Of a stretch of 64,000 nt of DNA, positions 46,632 to 55,954 are shown one piece after another (the stretch's first letter is position 1; each line of letters starts with the position of its first letter). The notes beneath the pieces were generated by a model. It was not told the DNA's origin. It worked only from the letters and a program-made list of their open reading frames with translations, and ran no database searches. This DNA comes from Bacteroidales bacterium. Its GTDB lineage: Bacteria > Bacteroidota > Bacteroidia > Bacteroidales > UBA10428. The DNA lies in contig JAFGPL010000007.1 of the NCBI GenBank assembly GCA_016936215.1, positions 12,448-76,447 on the forward strand, read 5' to 3'. The position numbers and the translations under genes were made by a program.

Positions 46632-48424
46632 TAATATCTCACGCTCAGGATACAATCATATATACCGGCAGAGCACTTTCCAACCCCGATTTCCACCACG
46701 GCCAGCTTGCACCTGTCATTGGTGTTCATAACATTCAGGTGCTGCGGGCAAACCGTGAGTACCCTGCCGAAGCCGAAGACTTTGGCTGGACATACAACCA
46801 TGCCCCCATGCTGGCATACTGGAATAACACATTCTGGCTTGAATACCTAAGCGATTCGGTGGGCGAACATATTCCTCCCGGACAAACATTGCTTACAAGC
46901 TCTGAAGATGGTTACAACTGGTCAAAACCATTGGTAATATTTCCCAGGTACCGCATACCGGATGGAACCACAAAACCAGGCAAAAAACAGGTAGCAGAGA
47001 ACCTTTATGCCGTGATGCACCAGCGTATGGGTTTTTATGTTTCAAAAGATAACCGGATGCTGGCGCTGGGATACTATGGTATCTGCCTGCCTGGAAAAGA
47101 TTCACCCAACGATGGGCATGGTATCGGGCGTGTTGTCAGGGAAATATATTCTGACGGAAGTTTTGGACCGGTTTATTTCATACGTTACAATGCCTCATGG
47201 AATGAAAAAAATACATCATACCCATACTATAACTCGAGCAAAGACAAAGGATTTAAAAACGCCTGTAACGAACTGCTTTCCAGCCCATTGATGATGATGC
47301 AATGGGTGGAAGAAGCCGATCGCGATGATCCACTTATCCCTTTAAAGAAACAATATAAGGCTTTTAGTTATTATCATTTGCCAGATGGCAGGGTAGTGGG
47401 TTTATGGAAACATGCCCTCACCTCTGTGAGCCGTGATGATGGAAAAACCTGGGATTACCCGGCTGTCAGGGCACCGGGCTTCGTGAATGCCAATGCCAAG
47501 ATATGGGGACAAAGGACAACAGACGACCGGTATGTTACTGTTTACAATCCCTCTGTGTTTCGCTGGCCGCTTGCGCTTTCAGTCAGTGATGACGGTCTTG
47601 AATACAATAACCTGCTGCTTGTGCAGGGCGAAATCTCAACAACCCGCTATGGTGGCGACTACAAGAACTACGGACCCCAATATGTCAGGGGTATCCTTGA
47701 AGGAAATGGTACTCCATCTGATTCAAACCTATGGATTACATACAGCATGAACAAAGAGGATATATGGATAGCCAAAGTACCTGTACCCGTAAAAAGCATT
47801 GTTGAAGATGATGTTGATGAGATTTTTACTGAAATGGCAGAAGGCAAAGAACTTCTGAACTGGAATATTCATAGTCCGCTCTGGGCACCGGTGAAAATTG
47901 AAAAGCTGTCTGACGGGGGTAAAGCATTATCGCTTTGCGACCACGACAGGTATGAATATGCAAAGGCTGAACGGATATTTTCATCTTCTGAAAAAGGGGT
48001 TGTTGAGTTTACATTAATTGCGGCACAGGACAACAGGGGCACCCTGCATGTTGAACTTCAGGATGAAAAGGGTTCTGATGCCATCAGACTTGTGTTCGAT
48101 TCGCTTGGAAATTGCAGCATCAAAGATGGTTATCGTTATTCCGGAGTTTTTCATTACAAACAGGGTGAGGAATATAAAATCGCTATTTCATATGATTCAA
48201 AAACAAGATTTTACAGGGTGAATGTCAATGGTGATGAGAAAAAACTGGCTATGTTTTTTACCCCTGTTAAATCACTTCAGCGTATTGTGTTTCGCACCGG
48301 TGAACCACGACGGTACCCTGATACCGAATCGCCGGCTGTGCACGAAGAAGATTTACCTTTAGCCGGTATACCGGATGAGAAAGCAGTTTTTTATATTAAA
48401 ACTTTAAAAACAACCAGAAAATAA
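46523..48424 (+). CDS. Asp-box (BNR)-containing beta-propeller protein, sialidase-fold-like
   Basis: Asp-box-like motifs SSEDGYNWS, SRDDGKTWD and SVSDDGLEY. The N-terminal signal region includes SLSLSLSLSL, encoded by the cassette A right arm. Confidence 0.55.
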   Translation: MKIIRRILNLFIIFFQYSQNNIRHLSLSLSLSLSLNLISHAQDTIIYTGRALSNPDFHHGQLAPVIGVHNIQVLRANREYPAEAEDFGWTYNHAPMLAYWNNTFWLEYLSDSVGEHIPPGQTLLTSSEDGYNWSKPLVIFPRYRIPDGTTKPGKKQVAENLYAVMHQRMGFYVSKDNRMLALGYYGICLPGKDSPNDGHGIGRVVREIYSDGSFGPVYFIRYNASWNEKNTSYPYYNSSKDKGFKNACNELLSSPLMMMQWVEEADRDDPLIPLKKQYKAFSYYHLPDGRVVGLWKHALTSVSRDDGKTWDYPAVRAPGFVNANAKIWGQRTTDDRYVTVYNPSVFRWPLALSVSDDGLEYNNLLLVQGEISTTRYGGDYKNYGPQYVRGILEGNGTPSDSNLWITYSMNKEDIWIAKVPVPVKSIVEDDVDEIFTEMAEGKELLNWNIHSPLWAPVKIEKLSDGGKALSLCDHDRYEYAKAERIFSSSEKGVVEFTLIAAQDNRGTLHVELQDEKGSDAIRLVFDSLGNCSIKDGYRYSGVFHYKQGEEYKIAISYDSKTRFYRVNVNGDEKKLAMFFTPVKSLQRIVFRTGEPRRYPDTESPAVHEEDLPLAGIPDEKAVFYIKTLKTTRK

Positions 48425-48584
48425 AAATATTGAATGTATGGATCAAAATCCTGTGTATTTAAATTCCAATATTGAACCGGGTAGGCTCAGCGATATTATT
48501 GTCATCCTGAACGATAGTGAAGGATCTCAGACTTTAGACCGGCATTTTTTGTCCCCTGAAATCAGGATTGCCTATAAACCATCA

Positions 48585-50144
48585 ATGAGAACGAAAAGTG
48601 CTATTGTAATATTTTCCGTTATAGTATTTGCTCTTTTCGTTACAGGATGCGCTATTCAGAAACCCTTGAAAAATGATCCTACCTCTGTTCTAAAACCTGA
48701 GTACTTCAAACATTATGTTGACTATTTTAACCGTATGGAAGATGAGAATATTATTCAGGCCATTCCCAATGACAGCGCCTGGGAGTGGATGAAAACCAAT
48801 ATACCATTGTTTGAATGTCCGCAGGATAATTTTGAAGAGATATATTACTACCGCTGGTGGAGTTTCAGAAAACATATTAAGGAAACACCCCAGGGGCCAA
48901 CAATTACGGAGTTTCTCGTACAGCGTTCATATGCCGATAAATACAACATGATTGCCTGTGCCATAGGGCACCATATTTACGAAGCCCGTTGGCTGCACGA
49001 TACCAGGTTTCTTGATAATTACATTCATCTCTGGTACAGGGGGAATGACGGACAACCCATGAAGAAACTGAATAAATTTAGTAGCTGGACTGCGTATGCA
49101 TTGTATAACAGGTATCTGGTTGATGCCGACACAACTTTTCTGCTCAATATGTTACCCGATATGGTGAAGGATTACAGTGTCTGGGAAAAAGATCGCCGGC
49201 ACCCAATCGGGCTCTTCTGGCAACACGATGTAAAAGATGGCATGGAGGAATCAATAAGCGGTGGCCGCAGGGTTGAAAACCACCGTCCCACCATCAACAG
49301 TTATATGTTCGGCAATGCCGTTGCTATCTCCGAAATGGCGGCCATGAAAGGTGATTTGGAATTATCCGGTATATTCAGGCTAAAGGCCGATACAATTAAA
49401 AACCTATTACAATCGAAACTGTGGAACCCCGGTCATCATTTTTTTGAAACGCTGATGCATAATGATACCCTTGCAAATGTAAGAGAGGCTATTGGCTTTA
49501 TCCCCTGGTACTTTAATCTTCCTGACAATGGTTTTGAACATGCATGGGAACAGGTACGTGATCCTGAAGGTTTTCTTGCCCCTTTTGGCCTCACTACTGC
49601 AGAACGCCGCCATCCGGCTTTTCGAACCCGTGGCTGTTGCAGTTGTGAATGGGACGGTGCTGTCTGGCCTTTTGCCACATCACAGACACATACTGCCATG
49701 GCAAATCTTTTAAATAATTACAACCAGTCGGTGGTGAATGATTCGGTTTATTTCAGGTTGCTTGAACTCTACGTTGAGTCACAGTATTACAGGGGCAGGC
49801 CTTATATTGGTGAGTACCTCGATGAAAAAACCGGTTACTGGCTCAAGGGCGACCAGGAACGCAGCCGCTATTACAACCATTCCACATTCAACGATCTGGT
49901 AATTACCGGTCTGGTTGGTTTGCGTCCCCGGGCCGATAATGTAATAGAGGTTAATCCGCTTGTACCGGAAAACAGATGGGAGTGGTTTTGCCTTGACAAT
50001 ATCCCTTATCACGGCAACGTGCTTACAATTTTCTGGGATAAAAACGGAACAAGGTATAACCGTGGAAAAGGATTTCATATTCTTGTTGACGGAAAAGAAG
50101 TAGCTGTTTCAGATACGCTTGAAAAAATTCTGGTGAAATATTAA
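48585..50144 (+). CDS. (alpha/alpha)6-barrel glycoside hydrolase-like protein (GH63/MGH1-like or related)
   Basis: ATG 48585 gives the lipoprotein signal MRTKSAIVIFSVIVFALFVTGC. Motifs WDGAVWPFATSQT and YRWWSFRKH are typical of trehalase/GH63-like barrels. The exact family is uncertain. Confidence 0.55.
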   Translation: MRTKSAIVIFSVIVFALFVTGCAIQKPLKNDPTSVLKPEYFKHYVDYFNRMEDENIIQAIPNDSAWEWMKTNIPLFECPQDNFEEIYYYRWWSFRKHIKETPQGPTITEFLVQRSYADKYNMIACAIGHHIYEARWLHDTRFLDNYIHLWYRGNDGQPMKKLNKFSSWTAYALYNRYLVDADTTFLLNMLPDMVKDYSVWEKDRRHPIGLFWQHDVKDGMEESISGGRRVENHRPTINSYMFGNAVAISEMAAMKGDLELSGIFRLKADTIKNLLQSKLWNPGHHFFETLMHNDTLANVREAIGFIPWYFNLPDNGFEHAWEQVRDPEGFLAPFGLTTAERRHPAFRTRGCCSCEWDGAVWPFATSQTHTAMANLLNNYNQSVVNDSVYFRLLELYVESQYYRGRPYIGEYLDEKTGYWLKGDQERSRYYNHSTFNDLVITGLVGLRPRADNVIEVNPLVPENRWEWFCLDNIPYHGNVLTIFWDKNGTRYNRGKGFHILVDGKEVAVSDTLEKILVKY

Positions 50145-50154
50145 TAAAGGAGAA

Positions 50155-52953
50155 ATGAAAGACTACAGCGCCAAAATTATCAGTATTTTTATTTTAACGC
50201 TTGGATTATTCATTTTTAATTCCTGCAGTGAAAGACACATTGAACAACTTACCTTGGCTAACCTTCGGTGTGAAATGCTTACTGATCCCGCCGGGATTGA
50301 TACGCGGAATCCCCGTCTGAGCTGGATGATTGAATCAGGTCACCACAATATTCTGCAGAAATATTACCAGGTAATTGTTGCTTCTTCACTTCACAAACTT
50401 GAAAACAATGTTGGTGACCTGTGGAATTCGGGCAAAGTAAAATCCGGACAGTCAGTTCATATTGAATACAATGGCAAACCACTGAACAGTAATCAGAATT
50501 GTTTCTGGAAAGTGAAGGTATGGTCAGAAAATGGTGAAAGTGAATGGAGCCGGACTGCTTTCTGGAGGATGGGGCTCCTGAATTTTAAAGACTGGAAAGG
50601 CCGCTGGATAGGGCTCGACCGCTCTTTTCCGTGGGATGATGAAAGCAAGCATGCGCGTCTTTCTGCCCGCTATTTCAGAAAAGAGTTTAATACATCAAGC
50701 GGGGAAATAAAGAGCGCTACCCTATATCTGATCGGCCTTGGATTGTACGAACTTTATATCAACGGGAAAAAATCAGGCGACCAGGTACTTGCACCTTCAC
50801 CTACCGATTTTGCCAAAAACATAAAATACAACAGTTTTGATATAACAGAACAGTTGGTACCCGGGACAAATGCCATAGGTGTTGCGCTTGGCAACGGCTA
50901 TTTTTATACAATGCGCCAGAACTATAAACCGTACAAAATTAAAACGTTTGGTTATCCTAAGCTGCTCCTCAACCTTATCATTGAATATAAAGACGGGACG
51001 TTTCAAACCATCAGTACCGATAACACCTGGAAAGTTACTGCCAATGGCCCAATTCGTGTAAATAACCTCTATGATGGTGAAGAGTACGATGCCCGGAAAG
51101 AGACACTTGGGTGGAACAATACAGGGTTTAATGATGCAGACTGGCTACAGGCAGAATATGTGCAGGAGCCCGGTGGAGAAATCGAAGCCCAAATGAATGA
51201 GAATATGAAAGTTATGGATATGATTGAACCTGTTTCGGTTTCAAAAATATCCGGTAACAGGTTTATCCTTGATATGGGCCAGAATATGGCCGGTTGGCTG
51301 CGCATAAAGGTGAATGGGCAGCGGGGACAGAAGGTTACACTGAGATTTGCAGAATCATTGCAGGAAAACGGGGAATTGTTCACTGCGAACCTTCGCGATG
51401 CAAAAGCTACAGATGTTTATATTCTAAATGGTGAAGGGGAAGAAACATGGGAGCCCTCTTTTGTCTATCACGGCTTCAGATATGTTGAGCTTACAGGTTA
51501 CCCGGGGATTCCCGAACCCGATAATTTTAAAGGCTGCGTGGTGTATGACAATATCAAAACAACGGGCAGCTTTGAAACTTCAGACTCCCTGATAAACCAT
51601 ATTTACAGAAATGCGGTCTGGACCATCAACTCCTCTTATAAAGGAATGCTGATTGACTGTCCGCAACGCAACGAGCGTATGCCCTGGCTCGGAGACCGCG
51701 CTGTCGGCTGCTACAACGAAAGTTTTGTTTTCGACAACAGTCGTCTCTATTCAAAATGGCTTGACGACATATTGTATACCCAGAAAGCTGATGGTTGCCT
51801 TGCCGATGTAGCCCCTGCCTATTACAAATATTACAGCGACAATATGACCTGGCCCGGAACATACATACTGGTGGCTGAAATGCTTTATCACCAGTATGGA
51901 TTGACGAAAGAAATAGAAAAACATTATCCCTATATGAAAAAATGGATGATGTACATGAAAGAGCGTTACCTTATTGATTACATCCTTACCAAAGACAGCT
52001 ATGGTGACTGGTGTGCACCTCCAAAAACAATTGAGGAGGGCAGGGGAAAAAGCGCAGATGTAAAGAGGCCAAGCCAGCTCATTGCTACGGCATATTTTTA
52101 TCATTTACTGCAGATCATGCAGAATTTTGCAAAAATTACCGGCCAACACACAGATATAAATGACTATATGGTATTGGCAGATAGTGTAAAAACGGCTTTT
52201 AACAAAAAGTTTTATCTTCCGGATAGCAGCTTTTACGGTAACGGTTTATTGACAGAAAACATGCTACCGATTGCTTTCAAAATGGTACCCGATGAATATT
52301 ACGCGGAAGTGGTTAAAACCGTGCATGATATCATTGAAATTGAGAACAACGGACATCTTTCTTCGGGACTGGTTGGAATGCAATGGCTGATGAGAACATT
52401 GACTGACAATGGTTTAGAAAACCTTGCATTTAATATTGCTACAAAAAAAACTTATCCCGGCTGGGGGTACATGATCGAAAACGGGGCCACAACCATCTGG
52501 GAATTATGGAATGCCAACACTGCCGCACCTTCGATGAACTCTCAAAACCATGTGATGATGCTTGGCGATCTTATCATCTGGTATTACGAATATTTAGCGG
52601 GAATAAAATCTGACAGGGAGTTTCCGGGTTTCAAACAGATTATTTTGAACCCGTTATTTATAAAAGAACTGGATTGTGTGAATGCTTCCTTTCATTCTGT
52701 TCATGGTCTTATAAAAAGCCATTGGAAACGTGAAGATGGTGCACTATACTGGGATGTGCAGATACCGCCAAATACTACTTGTTTAATCTATTTCCCGGTT
52801 GGTGACAAAAACAATATAACCGAAAATGATGAAAGACTATCCGGTAAATCAGGCTTTAAATATCTTGGTGAAAAGAGTGGAAGAGTGATATACAAAACAG
52901 GGTCAGGTAATTACCAATTCAAAATTGAACCACATGTTACACAAACTTTTTAA
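50155..52953 (+). CDS. alpha-L-rhamnosidase (GH78)
   Basis: 932 aa. Motifs LRCEMLTDPAGIDTRNPRLSWMI, FWKVKVWSENGESEWS, LIGLGLYELYINGKK and DCPQRNERMPWLGD. Confidence 0.9.
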   Translation: MKDYSAKIISIFILTLGLFIFNSCSERHIEQLTLANLRCEMLTDPAGIDTRNPRLSWMIESGHHNILQKYYQVIVASSLHKLENNVGDLWNSGKVKSGQSVHIEYNGKPLNSNQNCFWKVKVWSENGESEWSRTAFWRMGLLNFKDWKGRWIGLDRSFPWDDESKHARLSARYFRKEFNTSSGEIKSATLYLIGLGLYELYINGKKSGDQVLAPSPTDFAKNIKYNSFDITEQLVPGTNAIGVALGNGYFYTMRQNYKPYKIKTFGYPKLLLNLIIEYKDGTFQTISTDNTWKVTANGPIRVNNLYDGEEYDARKETLGWNNTGFNDADWLQAEYVQEPGGEIEAQMNENMKVMDMIEPVSVSKISGNRFILDMGQNMAGWLRIKVNGQRGQKVTLRFAESLQENGELFTANLRDAKATDVYILNGEGEETWEPSFVYHGFRYVELTGYPGIPEPDNFKGCVVYDNIKTTGSFETSDSLINHIYRNAVWTINSSYKGMLIDCPQRNERMPWLGDRAVGCYNESFVFDNSRLYSKWLDDILYTQKADGCLADVAPAYYKYYSDNMTWPGTYILVAEMLYHQYGLTKEIEKHYPYMKKWMMYMKERYLIDYILTKDSYGDWCAPPKTIEEGRGKSADVKRPSQLIATAYFYHLLQIMQNFAKITGQHTDINDYMVLADSVKTAFNKKFYLPDSSFYGNGLLTENMLPIAFKMVPDEYYAEVVKTVHDIIEIENNGHLSSGLVGMQWLMRTLTDNGLENLAFNIATKKTYPGWGYMIENGATTIWELWNANTAAPSMNSQNHVMMLGDLIIWYYEYLAGIKSDREFPGFKQIILNPLFIKELDCVNASFHSVHGLIKSHWKREDGALYWDVQIPPNTTCLIYFPVGDKNNITENDERLSGKSGFKYLGEKSGRVIYKTGSGNYQFKIEPHVTQTF

Positions 52954-54010
52954 TTTTTTGTTTATTCTTATATTAATTTCCTGTACAGATGATATTTCAT
53001 ACAGAGAAGGTATTGTTCTTGAAGAATTTATCTACGACACTGCCTCATTTCCATCTTGTCATGCCGCAACACTTGCTGAAACACCTGAAGGCCTTGTTGC
53101 AGCATGGTTTGGTGGGACATATGAACGGCATCCGGATGTTTGCATTTATATCAGCAGAAAGGTTAATGACAAATGGTCAGCGCCAGTTAATGTTGCTGAC
53201 GGGATTATAGATGATACGTTACGTTACCCTACATGGAACCCGGTTCTCTTTCAGATTCCCGGTGGAGACCTGATGCTGTTTTATAAGATCGGGCCCAGCC
53301 CTTCCACATGGTGGGGAATGTTGAAGACCTCGTCCGATAACGGTAAGACATGGAGCATTGCAAAAAAGTTACCCGAAGGGTATATCGGCCCTGTAAAAAA
53401 TAAACCTGTGTTGCTTGAAGACAACAGTTTAATCTGTCCTTCAAGTACCGAAGGGGACGGATGGAAAGTCCATTTTGAAATGACTACAGATTTTGGAACG
53501 ACATGGGAAAAAACAAACCCGATTAACGATGGAAAAATCTACAATATCATTCAGCCTTCTATACTCATTCACAAAAACGGCAATCTTCAGATCCTTTGCC
53601 GTAGCAGAAATGCTGTGCTTGCCACTTCATGGTCGAAAGACAATGGCCTTACCTGGTCGCTTGTGCAGGAATCAGGGCTTCCGAACAACAATTCGGGCAC
53701 CGATGCGGTTTCACTCGCCGATGGCAGGTACCTGGTTGTATACAATCATGTTAAAACCCCGCAAAATGCCCCAAAAGGTTACCGAACTCCTTTGAATGTT
53801 GCGCTTTCAAATGACGGTATAAAATGGTTCGCATCACTCATGCTCGAAGACTCCGAAATCAGCCAGTATTCATATCCTTCTGTAATCCAGTCTGCTGATG
53901 GGTTGGTTCATATAGTTTATACCTGGCGAAGGGAGAAGATTAAATATGTAAAAATAGATCCGCGCAAAATGAAAATGAAAGAAATAATCAATGAGAAATG
54001 GCCGGATTAG
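52934..54010 (+). CDS. sialidase-fold (BNR repeat) exo-glycosidase-like lipoprotein
   Basis: Lipobox ILISCTDD and four Asp-boxes: SSDNGKTWS, TTDFGTTWE, SKDNGLTWS, LSNDGIKWF. It overlaps the GH78 stop by 20 nt, or 29 nt if TTG 52925 is the start. Confidence 0.8.
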   Translation: MLHKLFNFLFILILISCTDDISYREGIVLEEFIYDTASFPSCHAATLAETPEGLVAAWFGGTYERHPDVCIYISRKVNDKWSAPVNVADGIIDDTLRYPTWNPVLFQIPGGDLMLFYKIGPSPSTWWGMLKTSSDNGKTWSIAKKLPEGYIGPVKNKPVLLEDNSLICPSSTEGDGWKVHFEMTTDFGTTWEKTNPINDGKIYNIIQPSILIHKNGNLQILCRSRNAVLATSWSKDNGLTWSLVQESGLPNNNSGTDAVSLADGRYLVVYNHVKTPQNAPKGYRTPLNVALSNDGIKWFASLMLEDSEISQYSYPSVIQSADGLVHIVYTWRREKIKYVKIDPRKMKMKEIINEKWPD

Positions 54011-54484
54011 CCACCAAATCACGAAAACACTAAATAACACCAAAATGATAAAAAAGAGTTTTGCACCAATTCCGGCAGAATTAGACAAAATAGGAAGAAA
54101 AATAGTAGATGCCGCATATATAATACACAAGAATCTGGGTCCCGGGCTTTTAGAAAAAGTATATGAATTGTGTTTTTGTCATGAGTTAACTAAACGAGGG
54201 CTTACTTATCAAAGACAAAAAGATATACCAATTATTTATGATGGACTTCAGTTTGATGAAGGATTGAGATTGGATGTTTTAGTAGAGGAGCAGGTAATTT
54301 GTGAATTAAAAGCCCTTGAAAATGTAAATCCGGTTTGGGAGGCTCAAGTTCTAAGTCATTTAAAATTAACAAATAAGAGATTGGGTTATCTAATAAATTT
54401 TAATGTGGTTAACATTGGTCATGGTATCAAGAGATTTGTGCTTTAATTTTAGTGTATTATTTTGTGATTTGGAGCTTTGGTGGC
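54010..54484. other. cassette B: a GxxExxY gene bracketed by imperfect inverted repeat arms
   Basis: The left arm GCCACCAAATCACGAAAACACTAAATAACAC (54010-54040) starts at the last base of the upstream stop codon. The right arm AGTGTATTATTTTGTGATTTGGAGCTTTGGTGGC (54451-54484) is its imperfect reverse complement. Confidence 0.6.
54045..54446 (+). CDS. GxxExxY protein (PD-(D/E)XK nuclease-like superfamily)
   Basis: The pattern IVDAAYIIHKNLGPGLLEKVYELCFCHELTKRGL...IYDG...RLDVLVEEQVICELKA...QVLSHLKLTNKRLGYLINF is the family hallmark. Confidence 0.85.
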   Translation: MIKKSFAPIPAELDKIGRKIVDAAYIIHKNLGPGLLEKVYELCFCHELTKRGLTYQRQKDIPIIYDGLQFDEGLRLDVLVEEQVICELKALENVNPVWEAQVLSHLKLTNKRLGYLINFNVVNIGHGIKRFVL

Positions 54485-54503
54485 AAAAAAAAATTAAACA
54501 AAA

Positions 54504-55895
54504 ATGAAAAAACCGATAATTATTCTAATCGTATTTATCAGCGCTATAAATAGCTATTGTCAAACTTCTGACGATCAGTATAAAAAACCGTTAAAGCTGG
54601 TTTTGGATGAAATTCAAAACCGTTACGATATTCAGATCAGGTACCCCGAAGAACTTATAAAGGATAAATGGGTTACATACGCTGACTGGCGTTACAGACC
54701 TGACCTTGAAAAAACCCTGACCAATATTCTCTCATCCCAGGATATCACCTTTGTCAAAGAAGGGGATAAAAAGTACAAATTAAAAAGTTATGAGTATTAT
54801 CGCTGGAGCCTTGAAGATGGAAAAGAACAGGCTGAATACCTGGCATCTAAGTATAGCGATGCCACTTCATGGGAAAAGCGAAAGAATGAATTAAAGCCCT
54901 GTTTCTGGTCAGCCCTGCAGCTAAAGCATTTGCCCGAATGGCCGGTATCGGAACCTCTGATTTCAAATGTCAGGAAGATGAAGGGGTATACCATCGAAAA
55001 CTTTGCACTCGAAACGCTGCCGGGGGTTTATGTATGTGGCTCTTTATACCGTCCTGCAAAAATACAGGGAAAAATACCGGTTATGCTATGCCCCAACGGT
55101 CATTGGAAAGACGGCCGGTACAGACCAGACCAGCAATACCAGTGTGCAATGCTGGCACGTTTGGGTACAGTTGCTGTAAGTTACGACCTGTTTGCCTGGG
55201 GCGAATCGCAATTGCAGTTTAAAGAAGAATATCACCGTAAAAGCCTGGCCATGACAATGCAGGTGCTCAACTCGCTCAGAATTCTTGACTATCTGGTTTC
55301 ACTTGATTATGCCGATCCTCAGCGCATAGGAATTACAGGGGGCAGTGGTGCGGGGAGTCATGCCATGCTGCTTACAGCGCTTGACGATCGCATTAAGGTT
55401 ACAGTGCCTGCAGTGATGTTATCCAGTTACATGTATGGCGGCTGCCCATGCGAAAGCGGCATGCCGGTGCATCTGTGTGGTGGCGGGACCAACAATATTG
55501 AACTGGCTGCTATGGCAGCCCCCAGACCGCAATTGATCATCTCAGACGGGAAAGACTGGACAGCCAATGTGCCTGACATTGAATTTCCATTACTTCAGAA
55601 GGTATATGAATTCTATGGCAAAAATGACCTGGTTAAAAATGTTCATTTCCCCGATGAAGGCCATGACTACGGCCCTTCAAAAAGGATTGCACTTTATGAA
55701 TTTTTCGCCCTTCATATGAGTTTGGATATTATCAAAATAAAAAACAAATCAGGAAAAATTGATGAATCCGGGGTTACCATCGAAAAAGAATTTGCAATGT
55801 ATGCCTTCGGGTTAAAAGGTGAAAAGCTTCCGGCAAATGCCATTAAAAGTTTTGAGGAACTTGAAAAAGTCTTCGAACATGCAGTGAACAAATAA
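54504..55895 (+). CDS. alpha/beta-hydrolase-fold carbohydrate esterase-like protein
   Basis: Signal peptide, then an N-terminal ~70 aa region resembling an STN-like domain (KLVLDEIQNRYDIQIRYPEE...ITFVKEGDKKYKLK). The putative nucleophile region is IGITGGSGAGSHAM, and a late HDYG may carry the catalytic His. Confidence 0.6.
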   Translation: MKKPIIILIVFISAINSYCQTSDDQYKKPLKLVLDEIQNRYDIQIRYPEELIKDKWVTYADWRYRPDLEKTLTNILSSQDITFVKEGDKKYKLKSYEYYRWSLEDGKEQAEYLASKYSDATSWEKRKNELKPCFWSALQLKHLPEWPVSEPLISNVRKMKGYTIENFALETLPGVYVCGSLYRPAKIQGKIPVMLCPNGHWKDGRYRPDQQYQCAMLARLGTVAVSYDLFAWGESQLQFKEEYHRKSLAMTMQVLNSLRILDYLVSLDYADPQRIGITGGSGAGSHAMLLTALDDRIKVTVPAVMLSSYMYGGCPCESGMPVHLCGGGTNNIELAAMAAPRPQLIISDGKDWTANVPDIEFPLLQKVYEFYGKNDLVKNVHFPDEGHDYGPSKRIALYEFFALHMSLDIIKIKNKSGKIDESGVTIEKEFAMYAFGLKGEKLPANAIKSFEELEKVFEHAVNK

Positions 55896-55954
55896 TTGGT
55901 GTTAGAGGCACAGATAGTTTATAATAAAGATATAATAATATTGAAATACTGAAG

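Noticed and set aside
48438-48584. N-terminal extension of the (alpha/alpha)6 hydrolase ORF (MDQNPVYLNSN...)
   Set aside because: The extension contains a fragment of the dispersed repeat box (TTGTCATCCTGAACGATAGTGAAGGATCTC). The ATG at 48585 yields a canonical lipoprotein signal peptide, so the upstream part is most likely untranslated.
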